Below, one piece after another: positions 9,010 to 19,927 of a stretch of DNA of 64,000 nt. The stretch is taken from contig OZ241456.1 of assembly GCA_965200875.1 (NCBI GenBank), positions 1,696,001-1,760,000 on the forward strand. Reading direction: 5' to 3'. Within the stretch, counting starts at the first letter, position 1. Each line of letters starts with the position of its first letter. The DNA is from Bdellovibrionales bacterium (GTDB taxonomy: Bacteria; Bdellovibrionota; Bdellovibrionia; Bdellovibrionales; UBA1609). The position numbers and the translations under genes were made by a program. Under the pieces are notes generated by a model, which did no database searches, was not told the origin of the DNA, and was given only the letters and a program-made list of their open reading frames with translations.

Positions 9010-11229
9010 CTAATACTCCTCTCCGGTTTTATAAGTATAAGTGTAATATTGTGTTTGAAAGGAGCCTGGTGTTTTTAAACGAGAGAAAAACGGAAATCGA
9101 TCAGGCCAGCTATTTTTTTCCGGCTTTCCTGCTCCGATAAGAGTCAAAGTTTCCTTTGCTCTGGTGAGAGCCACATAAAGCAGGCGATCAAACTCCTGAA
9201 GTTCCATTTCTTTTTTCTGCTCCCGGATTTTTTTATGAAAAGAGGATTTTATTCTTCTGTCTTCTTTCTCCCATTTTGCAGATAAGGTCCATTTCCCTGT
9301 TTCTTTTTCCTTAATGAAATATTGCAGTTTTTCCACAGCTCTGAAACCGGAACATAATCCAATAAGAATAACATGCTTAAACTCTAGGCCCTTGGCAGAA
9401 TGAATAGTCATTAGCTGAACCCCTGAATTTTCAAGTGCTGATACAGCATTTTGAGAATGGCTTGCAGAGCTTAATTCCGTACTTTGATCTTCGTAAAGTA
9501 GATAATCTGTAAAGGCCAAAAGATTTCCCGGAGACTTTGATTCATAGTCTTTCAGGCAATATATAAATTTCCATAAATTGGCCTCCTGCACTCCTGTGGG
9601 ATCCTGATAGTAAGATAAGTCAAAAAAACCCAAGGATTCTAGGGCGTTTTGAAAACTTCTCGTGATTCCGATTTTATGTGTTTGTTCTAAATGATATTTT
9701 AATTTTTGAATAAGAGACTCTGCCTTACAGGTTTGAGTTAAAAAATTCCAAAGAGATGTCATGGATTTTTTTTTCTGTATTCCATCTGCTAATTTTTGGT
9801 CGGAAATACGACAATAAGGTGTTCTTAAAAGACCTATCAAATTTTCCTCATCATAAGGGTTAAAAAGAAAGCGCAACAAAAAAACCGCATCTATTATTTC
9901 TCTTCTGTTTTTGAAACTACCACTTGAATGCAACCAAATCGGTAATTTTTGATGCTTTAAATATTGAGCAAGCTTCTGCAAAGCTTTATTTTTCCGGGCC
10001 AAAACAACTATTTCTTCTGGTTTCGTATTTTGTTTTAGTAACTCCTTAATTCTGTTTGCGGTTTCCTGCATTTCCATTTCCTCTTTGTTTATTTGTTCTG
10101 GATGGGAATGGATACCAATAAAATGCGCCACTTTTTTTTCTTTTTTATAACTTTTGTTTTGTGGGTTTGAGTTTTCATATTTCGGAGAAAAAAAATCATT
10201 AAAGAAAGCTATCAGTTCAGAACTAGATCGGTAATTTGTCCGTAAATGCCTGATTTTACCATCTTCTCTTTTTTGAGCTTCCTGTTCTTTTTGTTGGAAA
10301 ACAGACACATCTGCTCCGCGAAAGTAATAAATACTTTGCTGAGGATCTCCCACAATAAACACTTGGCTGTTTTGACTTAACTGATTCAAAATATCTTTTT
10401 GAAGAGGGCTTGTGTCCTGATATTCATCTAAAAACCAAAAATCCATAAGATTAAACAATTTGTTTTTTTCTTTTTTAAGAATCTGCATGGTCATTGTTTC
10501 CATGTCATTTAATGTAATTTGACCAAGCTCTTTTTTTTGTTGATCCAAAGAAGGTATAATTTGCTGACCTATTGCTTTAAGCTCTTGGCAAAGGTGGATA
10601 AAGGTATCTAAAAGTTCCCATTCAGTTTTTTGCTCAAGGAGCGCGTTATCGCATGCTGTATGACTTTTTGAGGCTTTGGTTTTTAAAAATTTATGTTTTG
10701 TATCATCAGTCAGATTGACTCGTAGCTCCTCTTTATCAATAAAGGTACTTTCTGGATGATTTTGCACCTGCAAAACATAATGTTTCGAAATAGTGATGAT
10801 TTCCTCAAAAGAGTAATGATCCAAAAGATCTGTTCCTGTGTTTTTTTCAAAAATAACCTGCTTTAAAAGAGAAACAAACAGTTCATCTGATTCTTTTTCA
10901 TCCATAACTGTAACCCCTGGAGTGAGACCGATTTTATATCCATGAATCTGAATAAAATGATTAAAAATACCATGTAGAGTAGACACCTGAAAATGAGGAG
11001 AGTAGTTGATGTATTGAATAAGCTGTTTGTTTTGTAATTTCAGAGCGTTTATTATCATACGCTCTTTGAGTTCACGGGTGGCTTTACGGGTGAAAGTGCT
11101 TACAGCAACACGGGGAAATCGGTTTTTTTTCTGTTGATACTGCAAAACACAATCTATCAAGGTGTTGATCAAAGTTGTTGTTTTACCCGATCCAGCTCCG
11201 GCTTTGATAATTTCCAATTTTGTACTCAT
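9010..11229 (-). CDS. addA: UvrD-family helicase, AddA-like (no C-terminal nuclease domain)
   Basis: AGAGSGKT, TFTRKA, DEYQDTS, GDPQQSIYYFRGA, TIHSAKGLEF, LYVALTRA; adjacent to addB-like gene. Confidence 0.85.
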   Translation of the reverse strand: MSTKLEIIKAGAGSGKTTTLINTLIDCVLQYQQKKNRFPRVAVSTFTRKATRELKERMIINALKLQNKQLIQYINYSPHFQVSTLHGIFNHFIQIHGYKIGLTPGVTVMDEKESDELFVSLLKQVIFEKNTGTDLLDHYSFEEIITISKHYVLQVQNHPESTFIDKEELRVNLTDDTKHKFLKTKASKSHTACDNALLEQKTEWELLDTFIHLCQELKAIGQQIIPSLDQQKKELGQITLNDMETMTMQILKKEKNKLFNLMDFWFLDEYQDTSPLQKDILNQLSQNSQVFIVGDPQQSIYYFRGADVSVFQQKEQEAQKREDGKIRHLRTNYRSSSELIAFFNDFFSPKYENSNPQNKSYKKEKKVAHFIGIHSHPEQINKEEMEMQETANRIKELLKQNTKPEEIVVLARKNKALQKLAQYLKHQKLPIWLHSSGSFKNRREIIDAVFLLRFLFNPYDEENLIGLLRTPYCRISDQKLADGIQKKKSMTSLWNFLTQTCKAESLIQKLKYHLEQTHKIGITRSFQNALESLGFFDLSYYQDPTGVQEANLWKFIYCLKDYESKSPGNLLAFTDYLLYEDQSTELSSASHSQNAVSALENSGVQLMTIHSAKGLEFKHVILIGLCSGFRAVEKLQYFIKEKETGKWTLSAKWEKEDRRIKSSFHKKIREQKKEMELQEFDRLLYVALTRAKETLTLIGAGKPEKNSWPDRFPFFSRLKTPGSFQTQYYTYTYKTGEEY

Positions 11230-11250
11230 ATTATCCTCAGGTGATGAAGG

Positions 11251-14151
11251 TTAATTTAAATGTGGGGCACGACATATTTTTCTCCATTGGCATTTTTCAC
11301 AAATGGTTTTTACCTTAGGCTTTGCGGGAAAAAAACCAGCATGGATCTTTAAAATAAAAGTGTTTATTTGTTCATTCACCTTTTCCAAGATCGTATGTTT
11401 TTGCGATTCGGAGATTAAAGACCGCTTTTTAGGACTTCCTAAAAGTTGAATATAAGAAGAATTTTTAAGAGCCATCCCTTGATATTCAAAGTTTTTATAA
11501 CTTAAATAAAGTGCGGAATTTACTGGCAAAGCTGGTAGATCGGCAAGACCTCGTTCCAGAACCTGTATATAAAAAGCCATCTGAAAATTTTTCTGCTTTT
11601 CCCAAGAAGAAGCTATGGAACCGGTGGGAAGTGAACCTTTGTAATCCATAATCTGATAAGACTGACTATCAGAATCAATCCGATCTATTTTCCCGCTAAA
11701 TAATATATCCCCTTCCGCACTCAAAGACTCTGTTTCAAAACTCCAGTAACATTGATACTCTTTCTCACAAGCGAGAGTCCGATAATTTTTGAATAAAAAG
11801 CCTCTTTGTTTTTCCTGCTCTAAAAAAACAAGAGCTTTTTTCAGCAGTCGAGATTTTTCTTTTTCCCATATAAGCGGATGAACTTTTTGCAGGAAATGCT
11901 TAAAAGGTTTTTGGGCTTTTATATCCTCTATGATTTGTAAAATATCCTGTTCAAAAAGAAGATTCTCTTTTTGATGGGAGGTTTTGTCCCCGTCTCTGGT
12001 TGTTTCTCCCTCAGGGGATATTATTTTGAGCGAATTTAACTTTAATCGAAGAGCTTCAAAAAGTTTGTGTATAAGACTCCCTTTTTCCAAAGCGGGAATG
12101 TCCATATTTCTTTCCGGCCCCTCCCAGAGACAAAACATCTTTTTGGCCGCAAAAATGAAAGGGCATTTGATATAACTATCCAAAGATGAAGGGGAAAGAC
12201 TTTTTATTCTTTTCTGGAAAAAAGGCTCAGCCATTTTGTGTCCTGTGTCTTCTTGGAGAGATTGTTCCAACAACTTCCGCTGAACAGAATCCATATTATA
12301 AAGAATTTCTTTTACTGTAGGTCTCCTTTGTTGTTCGTCCCATAAACTGAGACTAGGTATATCAAAATGACTTATGTTTTCTTTTCTGTATTTCATGGCT
12401 TTTTCCAGCCAAAGGCATGAGGGGTTCAAAGCTGTTCCCAGAAAATCTGAAGTGGAAAACGACAGTATCAGTTTTTTATGTTTTTGGTGAATAAAACAGG
12501 AAATCATACGCTCTGTTTTATCAATGGGATCGGTTTTTATAAAAAACCCTAAATCTTTTGTTATGGACTGAGTTTCCAGCACAGAAAGAAAGCTTTGTTT
12601 TTCGTTTTTCAGGTTTTGTTCACTTAATCCCGCAATGTAAATCAGATCAGATTCCACCCAACCAAGAGCGTTAAAACTTAAACAATTAATGCCTTTTGAA
12701 TGACCAGAATGTATCTCCAATTCTTTTATGGAGAGATAATGCTCCAGTAAACTCAGCCAAGCCTGCCTCTTTAAGGGTAAAGCTTTTAAAGCAAAACCAG
12801 CTTTAGAGAAATCGTTTAAACATTCTTTTAAGGGTTGGTGGATAACAGCAGACACATCCGGCAAAAGATTTTTAGCCCATTTGATGAAGTCCTCATAAGA
12901 GACAAGCTCATCTTTTTTACCAAGCCGGTTTTTCGTATATACCCACTCAGGCCATTTTTCCAATTCTTTGATATTGCAGAACTCCGCCTTTAATTGGCTG
13001 AAGTTTGTGTATGCGTTTTGGTGAGAGCGTATAATTTGCAGGTATTCAGGTTTGAGAACAGATAAATGTGTCCACATTTTGGCCAGCCAAAGCTGAATAA
13101 CAGGGAAACTGATTAACGATACAGTTTCTGTTTTGTTGACGGGAATATTTTCTTTTTTCAGATAGCTTCCAAGGCAGGTCCAGTAATCTTCAATATGAGG
13201 GGCAAGGACGCTGATTTTGTCCGGCTTTACACCTTCGCGCAAAGCTTTGTTGATTTGGTGGGTTATGTCTTTTACTTCAGCGAGGGGAGTTGCAAATTTT
13301 TTGATTTTTAAAGAGTTTATGGGTAAAGGTGGTTTTTGGGCTTTGGAAAAAATCTTTTTTATATTCATCCAATCATAAAGATAATCAATATCTTCCTGAT
13401 GTTTTCCATCGAAGCAAAAGGGAATAAGAACTTTTGTGTTTATGTGGGATGTGATTTGATGTATAAGCTCTGACTCCACTTTATGGGTATCAAATCCCAG
13501 ATCAAAAATGATATTTTCGAATTGTTCTTTTGGAGAAAAAACCTCTTTATCAAAAGAAAGATTATCCAATAAAAGCGCGCTGGCCCATGAGGATTCGATG
13601 ATTTTTTTCTGTTCCAGATAACTCCAAAAATCCCCTGCAAGCTTGTGCCAGGCTTTCACATAAGAGTTCTGACCGGAAAAAGTTTTTATCCATTCTTCCA
13701 TCAGGTTTTCTTTTAAGGGGTGTTGTAAAAGATGAACCATTTGGGATATAAACTGGCAAATAAGATTTCCTGTTTTAAGCCCCCTTTGCCATTCCGGTTT
13801 TTTGGATTTGGCCCACTCATGGTAAATAAAAGTCAAAACCGTCCGGTCAATAATATGATGTTCAGGATAAGTTTTGCGCAGTAAAAAAGACCAAAAATCT
13901 CTAGCCCTCATAACAGAGTTTTCGTTTATATTTGACTCATTTTTTTTGAGCTGATTTAAAATAAAAAAACGAGATTTAATGTCTGTAGTAATCCATATAC
14001 TGTTATCGGGATTAAAATTTTGTAAAATGTCTTTTTTTTCCCTGATACATCCATCTGGCCAGAAAGAGCTTGCAGAATTATTGGAAAAACTTGGGAGGGT
14101 TTTCCCTCTCATATCCTGATTGAAAGTGACTTCATACACTGTCATGGACAT
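11251..14151 (-). CDS. addB: AddB-like PD-(D/E)XK nuclease with 4Fe-4S cysteines
   Basis: LSPSSLDSYIKCPF, GKIDRID...MDYK, QMAFY, CEKCQWRKIC. Confidence 0.85.
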   Translation of the reverse strand: MSMTVYEVTFNQDMRGKTLPSFSNNSASSFWPDGCIREKKDILQNFNPDNSIWITTDIKSRFFILNQLKKNESNINENSVMRARDFWSFLLRKTYPEHHIIDRTVLTFIYHEWAKSKKPEWQRGLKTGNLICQFISQMVHLLQHPLKENLMEEWIKTFSGQNSYVKAWHKLAGDFWSYLEQKKIIESSWASALLLDNLSFDKEVFSPKEQFENIIFDLGFDTHKVESELIHQITSHINTKVLIPFCFDGKHQEDIDYLYDWMNIKKIFSKAQKPPLPINSLKIKKFATPLAEVKDITHQINKALREGVKPDKISVLAPHIEDYWTCLGSYLKKENIPVNKTETVSLISFPVIQLWLAKMWTHLSVLKPEYLQIIRSHQNAYTNFSQLKAEFCNIKELEKWPEWVYTKNRLGKKDELVSYEDFIKWAKNLLPDVSAVIHQPLKECLNDFSKAGFALKALPLKRQAWLSLLEHYLSIKELEIHSGHSKGINCLSFNALGWVESDLIYIAGLSEQNLKNEKQSFLSVLETQSITKDLGFFIKTDPIDKTERMISCFIHQKHKKLILSFSTSDFLGTALNPSCLWLEKAMKYRKENISHFDIPSLSLWDEQQRRPTVKEILYNMDSVQRKLLEQSLQEDTGHKMAEPFFQKRIKSLSPSSLDSYIKCPFIFAAKKMFCLWEGPERNMDIPALEKGSLIHKLFEALRLKLNSLKIISPEGETTRDGDKTSHQKENLLFEQDILQIIEDIKAQKPFKHFLQKVHPLIWEKEKSRLLKKALVFLEQEKQRGFLFKNYRTLACEKEYQCYWSFETESLSAEGDILFSGKIDRIDSDSQSYQIMDYKGSLPTGSIASSWEKQKNFQMAFYIQVLERGLADLPALPVNSALYLSYKNFEYQGMALKNSSYIQLLGSPKKRSLISESQKHTILEKVNEQINTFILKIHAGFFPAKPKVKTICEKCQWRKICRAPHLN

Positions 14152-14162
14152 TATATATTTCC

Positions 14163-14774
14163 TTATGATGAAAAATCATTCTTTATTTTTAGCCAGTTTA
14201 CCAGACTAAAGACCTGTTTTTTCAGATGATCCAAAGATAAATTATTCCATATTACATAATCCGCTCCCTTTATTTTTTCCGATTGAGACATTTGAAATTT
14301 CATGCGATTTTCAATATCTTTCAGTTTCAGGTTACGGTATTTTTGGAGACGATTTTTTTGTTTTTTAGAATCAATGGCAATCACAACTTTGGTGTCAAAA
14401 AAATACTCCTTTTTTTTTTCAAACAGAAGTGGCAACTCGTAAAACACAACAGTTTTTCCGGCAGAAAGTAGCTTTTCTTCAGCTTTTTGCATTAAATCCT
14501 GGGTTACAGGATGAATAATTGATTCAATTTGATACAATAAAGCCTGGTTTTGAAAGGCTTTTTCTGCGATTTTTTGAGTATCAAAATAACCCTGATCATT
14601 CAAATATTGAGATCCTAATAAATCAAGCAGTTTAATGTAGCCTGGTTTTTGAGGAGCTATGGCTTTCCGGGCCAATACATCAGCAGAAATAAAATCCATC
14701 TTCATATTTTGCAATATCAAGCCAACAGTGGACTTGCCAGCCCCTATTATGCCCGTTATGGCTATTTTACGCAT
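14163..14774 (-). CDS. coaE: Dephospho-CoA kinase
   Basis: MRKIAITGIIGAGKST, IIHP, ELPLLFE; start moved to ATG 14774. Confidence 0.93.
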   Translation of the reverse strand: MRKIAITGIIGAGKSTVGLILQNMKMDFISADVLARKAIAPQKPGYIKLLDLLGSQYLNDQGYFDTQKIAEKAFQNQALLYQIESIIHPVTQDLMQKAEEKLLSAGKTVVFYELPLLFEKKKEYFFDTKVVIAIDSKKQKNRLQKYRNLKLKDIENRMKFQMSQSEKIKGADYVIWNNLSLDHLKKQVFSLVNWLKIKNDFSS

Positions 14775-14864
14775 AAAGTTCCTTTTTTTTATAGCCGATA
14801 AAATTAAAAGAAGCATTGTAACTATAGCAGAAAAAGAGATGAAAGAGGAAATTACAGGTTAATT

Positions 14865-16952
14865 ATGAGTTTAAAAATAAAAAAATTTGGAAAATTCAAA
14901 TTATTAAAGCAAGTTGCCAGAGGAGGTATGGCTGAAATTTTCCTAGCTTCTTCAGGCTCTGTTGAGAGTGTGCATAAATTTGTGGTGATAAAGAGAGTAT
15001 TGCTGGCCCACTCACATAATAAAGAATTTAAGAAAATGTTTCACACCGAGGGGAAAATTGCTGTTAACCTTAATCACAGCAATATCTGCTCCATTCATGA
15101 GTTTGGAATGGTAGATGACCAGTATTTTATCTGTATGGAATATATTTCCGGTAGAAATATACGTCAGCTGGTGAAAAAATTAAAAAGCCAGAAAAAAGCT
15201 CTTGATGTGGCTTTATGCGCCTATATTATAAAACATACATGTAATGGTCTGGATTATGCTCATAATTGCACAGACAACATAACCGGTCAGCCCTTCAATA
15301 TTATCCATCGTGATATCAGTCCCCAAAATATAATGGTGAGTTTTGATGGTGATGTAAAAATCATTGATTTTGGTATAGCCAAGATAGATGACTCTGAAGC
15401 CACAAAAGTTGGAGTCTTAAAAGGAAAGTTTGAATACATGAGTCCCGAACAGGCCAGAGGCAAGCCTTTGGATCGGCAAACAGATATTTTCTCATTAGGG
15501 AATGTTTTATGGGAAATGCTTGCAGGAAGAAAATTATTTACAGGCGCCAACGAGATTCAGCTTCTAAAAAAAATCAGAGATTGTCAAATTCCGAACTTAA
15601 AAAAAATCAATCCAAATGTCCCACAAAGGCTATTGGAAATAACAAATAAAGCTTTGAGTGCGAATAAAAACTTAAGGTATAAATCCGCCGCAGAAATGGG
15701 CAGTGATATTTCCGTTTTTTTGAATAAAACTTATCCTGATTTTACACATAATAATTTTAGCAAATGTATAAAGGAAGTATATGTAGAGGAAATGTTAGAA
15801 GAAAGAAATAACCGAAAAGCTTATTCCCAGGCTTTAATGTCAAAAAAACTAAGGCCAACCAGTGGAATAATGTCTCAGTCTTTACGGAATCAGACTATTG
15901 CTCAAAGCCGATCCACTTTCATAGGGTATAAGGAGAAATTGGATAAAGATGATGAAGAGGAAAATATCGGAACAAAATACGATGACTCTCAAATTACCAT
16001 CCGAAAAGATAGTCTTTCTGTCCCGCAAAATCATACTGTTACAGAAACAGATATGGAAACATCTGCAAGCCAATCTCAGGATATTACAAGAACAGAGTTT
16101 GCAGATGAACTGGAACATAACAATGTGTCCACAGTATATACAAAATACGAACAACACTCTCAATCAGGCAAAAAACAAAAAATCTCCATGACCTCAGATG
16201 GATACAGGAATACCATTACGACTGCTACATTGAATGGCAATGGCAATGGCAATGGCAATGGCAATAGTGAAAACTCAAATGTATTATCCAATACTTATGA
16301 CCCTTTTTTAAAAGTCAAAAACTCCGATTTATCTTCTGTTTCGCAAGTTTCCACCAGACACCGGAGAACCAAACATAAAAAGAGAAACATTTTTCGAAGA
16401 ATGATAATCGGAATATTGGCTTTAGGAATGATAGGTACTGCCTACACTTTTCGGAGTAATATTAAACCGTATGTTGTTGATATACTGCAAAAGTTGGATC
16501 AGTTAATGCCTGAAGATCTAACTTTTTCACGACCTGAAAAATCTGCCTCCTCAAACCTTGATGATGCGCAATCAAAATCCAATGTTCAAAACTTGAATAA
16601 GAAGTCAGATTTTCCTTCAAACCAGAGACAGGCTTTAAAACCCACAAAAGCGGAAAGACAACCAACAGCTATTGATAATAATTTACAGAGTGTAATGGAA
16701 AAAACCGTTTTTATCAGCACAGAACCTTCCGGTGCTCATATTTTTATTAACGATAAAAATGTGAAAAGTCTTACACCAACCTCGATAGTGGTGAATGTCA
16801 ATAATACCGTTCATTTAACTCTTAAAAGAGATGGGTATAAGGATAAAAAAGTGGTTTTGTCACCTCATTCCATTAACAAAGGAACGGCACACTTTTCTTT
16901 GCTCAAAAGCAATAACAGGAAACGAAGAGATGAAACCATTATTCTTCGTTAA
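14865..16952 (+). CDS. Hanks-type Ser/Thr protein kinase with TM segment and C-terminal PEGA domain
   Basis: GGMAEIF, VVIKRV, HRDISPQN, DFG, YMSPEQ; STEPSGAHIFIN...TP...KRDGY PEGA motif. Confidence 0.93.
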   Translation: MSLKIKKFGKFKLLKQVARGGMAEIFLASSGSVESVHKFVVIKRVLLAHSHNKEFKKMFHTEGKIAVNLNHSNICSIHEFGMVDDQYFICMEYISGRNIRQLVKKLKSQKKALDVALCAYIIKHTCNGLDYAHNCTDNITGQPFNIIHRDISPQNIMVSFDGDVKIIDFGIAKIDDSEATKVGVLKGKFEYMSPEQARGKPLDRQTDIFSLGNVLWEMLAGRKLFTGANEIQLLKKIRDCQIPNLKKINPNVPQRLLEITNKALSANKNLRYKSAAEMGSDISVFLNKTYPDFTHNNFSKCIKEVYVEEMLEERNNRKAYSQALMSKKLRPTSGIMSQSLRNQTIAQSRSTFIGYKEKLDKDDEEENIGTKYDDSQITIRKDSLSVPQNHTVTETDMETSASQSQDITRTEFADELEHNNVSTVYTKYEQHSQSGKKQKISMTSDGYRNTITTATLNGNGNGNGNGNSENSNVLSNTYDPFLKVKNSDLSSVSQVSTRHRRTKHKKRNIFRRMIIGILALGMIGTAYTFRSNIKPYVVDILQKLDQLMPEDLTFSRPEKSASSNLDDAQSKSNVQNLNKKSDFPSNQRQALKPTKAERQPTAIDNNLQSVMEKTVFISTEPSGAHIFINDKNVKSLTPTSIVVNVNNTVHLTLKRDGYKDKKVVLSPHSINKGTAHFSLLKSNNRKRRDETIILR
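16233..16265 (+). repeat. (AATGGC)x5 microsatellite encoding an Asn-Gly tract in the kinase linker
   Basis: Five perfect hexamer copies plus AAT. Confidence 0.9.
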
Positions 16953-16986
16953 TATAATTAATGGCTTAATAAAAAGGAGATGAGCT

Positions 16987-17454
16987 TTGATACAGTTATT
17001 CATATTAATTTTTATTTGTTTTTCCGCCTGCATGAAAAATTTTGGATTAGGAGAAAGCACACAACACTGTAGCCTTTATCAGTATAACCAAGAAAATGGG
17101 GTATGGATAGATTCTTTTGGACAACAGGTGACATGCACTATTGTTGATAACAATCGCATATTTCCCTATTATCCAGGGGAAGGCTGTGATTATTGGAGGG
17201 AGTTTTACAGTATAGATCCAACTGTTAAATTTGCAGAGGTTCCTATAAAAGTGGGTTCAGGAGCGCATGCTATTGGCCAGACTTATTGCGTAAAGCAACG
17301 GTATATCAGTAAGGATAACTCGGGACAAGTGTTATTGATAGATGAAGGGGTTTTTTGCTTAAGGGCGCATCCCTCTATCGAAAAAGAGTGGATATTTTCC
17401 AGCTGTGAAGGGGTTCAGAAAAAAAATCCCAATGCAGAAGAAACAGGATCTTAA
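16987..17454 (+). CDS. Hypothetical Cys-rich lipoprotein
   Basis: Signal peptide with FSAC lipobox; AAGGAG RBS; several Cys. Confidence 0.7.
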   Translation: MIQLFILIFICFSACMKNFGLGESTQHCSLYQYNQENGVWIDSFGQQVTCTIVDNNRIFPYYPGEGCDYWREFYSIDPTVKFAEVPIKVGSGAHAIGQTYCVKQRYISKDNSGQVLLIDEGVFCLRAHPSIEKEWIFSSCEGVQKKNPNAEETGS

Positions 17455-17479
17455 AGCTTTTCGCCGGTTAAAATAAAAA

Positions 17480-18373
17480 TCATTGAGAAAACTTTAATTT
17501 ATCTTTTAAAAGTAAAAAGTCGTTGTGGCTTGTCTTTCTCAGAGTTCTGTGTTTTTTAAGAGCTTTTTTCATTTTTACCAAGTGCTTATTTGAAATTTGT
17601 GCTCTTTTTTTTCCGTCAATAGTTAGAAAGACACTTTGGTTTTTACTGTTGACTGTAAAAGACATTTCACAGGTGTTCGGGACAATGACAGGGCGATTTG
17701 TCAGGCTGTGAGAGCATATAGGAGTGATGGAAAACGCATTTACCTGAGGATGCAAGATAGGCCCTCCTGCGGCCAAATTATAAGCCGTGGAACCGGTGGG
17801 GGAAGAGACAATCAATCCATCTGATTTTACAGAGTAAATATTTTGATTTTGAATGGCGACGGAAATATTGATTAAATGACTGAAAGCCCCTCTTTCAATC
17901 ACCATATCGTTAAGAGCTAGGAATGTATCCTCCCGATCTGTTTCCCCTTTTACGGAAACTTTAAGGAGTGCTCTTTCTTCTTCTTTCATTTCTCCTTTCA
18001 GGATGGATTTTAAACAGGAAATAATGGATTCTTGGCGGTGGACAGTTAAAAAACCAAAAGAACCCATGTTGATACCTAAAAATGGAACACTGTGGTTGGA
18101 AACAGATTGCACTGCTTGTAAATATGTGCCATCTCCACCCAACACAATCGCCAGATCGATATCAAAATCAAGAGGAGGTCTTTTTGCCAAAGAGGACTGA
18201 GAAAAAGTTTTTATGTTAATGTTATGCTCTTTTAGCCACTTTTCTGTTTGGCGAACCGTCTGTATGATGTATGACGAGTTATCTCTATACACAATCACTG
18301 CGACTTTAACAGTTTTTTTAAAAAAATCAGTTTGTGTCAATGGTTGTCTCTCAAAAGTTCTTTTGGTTTTCAA
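17480..18373 (-). CDS. nadK: NAD kinase
   Basis: GGDGT, LND, DGLIVSSPTGSTAYNLAAGGP. Confidence 0.95.
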   Translation of the reverse strand: MKTKRTFERQPLTQTDFFKKTVKVAVIVYRDNSSYIIQTVRQTEKWLKEHNINIKTFSQSSLAKRPPLDFDIDLAIVLGGDGTYLQAVQSVSNHSVPFLGINMGSFGFLTVHRQESIISCLKSILKGEMKEEERALLKVSVKGETDREDTFLALNDMVIERGAFSHLINISVAIQNQNIYSVKSDGLIVSSPTGSTAYNLAAGGPILHPQVNAFSITPICSHSLTNRPVIVPNTCEMSFTVNSKNQSVFLTIDGKKRAQISNKHLVKMKKALKKHRTLRKTSHNDFLLLKDKLKFSQ

Positions 18374-18446
18374 AGTTTTCCGGCTTTAATGTGTTTTAAG
18401 TTTAAACCCACTCGCTTTGAGAGTCTTCAACCCTTATAAAGAGGAA

Positions 18447-19916
18447 TCAAAGCCGTTTCGATTTAAACAAACTTATAAAACTGGATTTATGTTTTTCAAA
18501 AGGAGCGGATCTTTGTTTTTTTGTTTTCTCACGCTTTTCGGGGATATTCAGGCTTAGCTGTTTCGGATCTTTGTTTTCCAGTTCCTGTTTTTTTATTTGA
18601 TCCTGCCAAGCTCGTGCTTTTTCCATTAAAATATCTTTTGGCAGTTTTTTTTTATCCATTGGTTCATTATTGATTTTCGGAGACAAAGTTATTTTATTCA
18701 CAGATGATATATCTAGGGGTTCTGAATTATCATTTTGACCAAACTGTTTCGGATTCGAATTATTATTCTCCTCTTTGGACAAACGACAGGCAGGTTTGGA
18801 AAACGGCAAGTCGATTTTAGTTGAAACATTTTGTTTCGGTTTTTTTGCAATTTTTTCCGATTCCGAGTTTGATTTATTTTCTGCCAAAATAGGGGGAGAG
18901 TTTTCAGTGGGAGGCTCACTTCTTTTCGAACCAATTTTGGTTGAGCTTTCCGGGCTTTCAAAGCCTGTGGCGATGACAGTCACTTTCACTTCGTCTGATG
19001 GGTCATTGGAATCAACTATAGCTCCAAAAATAATTTCCGCATCAGGATGAGCTTCTGAAGTGATGAGTTCTGCAGTTTCGCTGACCTCTTTTAAAGAAAG
19101 ATCAGGCCCTCCTGTAATATTGATAATCAAGCCCGATGCCCCTTTAAAGGAAGTATCTTCCAACAGAGGAGAAGATATAGCTATTTGCCCGGCAGATAAA
19201 GCTCTGTTTTCTCCTTTGGCGGAACCTGCTCCTATAATAGCCAAGCCTTTTTCCGACATGATTGTTTTTATGTCTGCAAAATCCAAATTAATTAAACCTC
19301 TTTCGTTTATTAAATCCACAATGCTTCGTACCGCTTTTAATAAAATATTATCCACACTTTTGAAAGCGGATAACAAAGAGGTGCTTTCGTCTGCGGTTTT
19401 TAGAAGTTTTTGATTGGGGATAACAATCAATGTATCTACATTTTCCTTTAGAAACTGGATTCCCATTTCCGCATGCCGGCTTCTTCTGTGGCCTTCAAAA
19501 AAGAAAGGACGAGTAACCACTCCTACAGTTAAAGATCCTTGTTCTTTGGCAATACGAGCAATGACACCCGCTGAACCAGTACCTGTGCCTCCTCCCATAC
19601 CAGCAGTGATAAACACCATGTCAGCACCTTTTAAAGCTGTCATTATTTCATCGCAGGATTCAATGGCAGCCTGCCTGCCGATTTCCGGGTTAGCACCCGC
19701 GCCCAAACCTTTTGTGAGCTTGGCACCCAGCTGAATGGCGCAGTCCAAATTTCCATGTTCTTCCAAGGCCTGGAGATCTGTATTTGCGACGATAAAATGC
19801 ACACCCTTTAAACCAGCTTGATACATGGTTTTAAGAGCATTACCTCCTCCCCCGCCAATACCAACGATTTTTATGTTGGCTCTGGATTTTATAGCTTCTT
19901 CATCAATTTGAAACAT
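18447..19916 (-). CDS. ftsZ: Cell division protein FtsZ with long C-terminal linker
   Basis: GIGGGGGNA, GMGGGTGTG, NLDFAD; start set to ATG 19916 (MFQIDEE). Confidence 0.97.
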   Translation of the reverse strand: MFQIDEEAIKSRANIKIVGIGGGGGNALKTMYQAGLKGVHFIVANTDLQALEEHGNLDCAIQLGAKLTKGLGAGANPEIGRQAAIESCDEIMTALKGADMVFITAGMGGGTGTGSAGVIARIAKEQGSLTVGVVTRPFFFEGHRRSRHAEMGIQFLKENVDTLIVIPNQKLLKTADESTSLLSAFKSVDNILLKAVRSIVDLINERGLINLDFADIKTIMSEKGLAIIGAGSAKGENRALSAGQIAISSPLLEDTSFKGASGLIINITGGPDLSLKEVSETAELITSEAHPDAEIIFGAIVDSNDPSDEVKVTVIATGFESPESSTKIGSKRSEPPTENSPPILAENKSNSESEKIAKKPKQNVSTKIDLPFSKPACRLSKEENNNSNPKQFGQNDNSEPLDISSVNKITLSPKINNEPMDKKKLPKDILMEKARAWQDQIKKQELENKDPKQLSLNIPEKREKTKKQRSAPFEKHKSSFISLFKSKRL

Positions 19917-19927
19917 AATGTCCTTTG

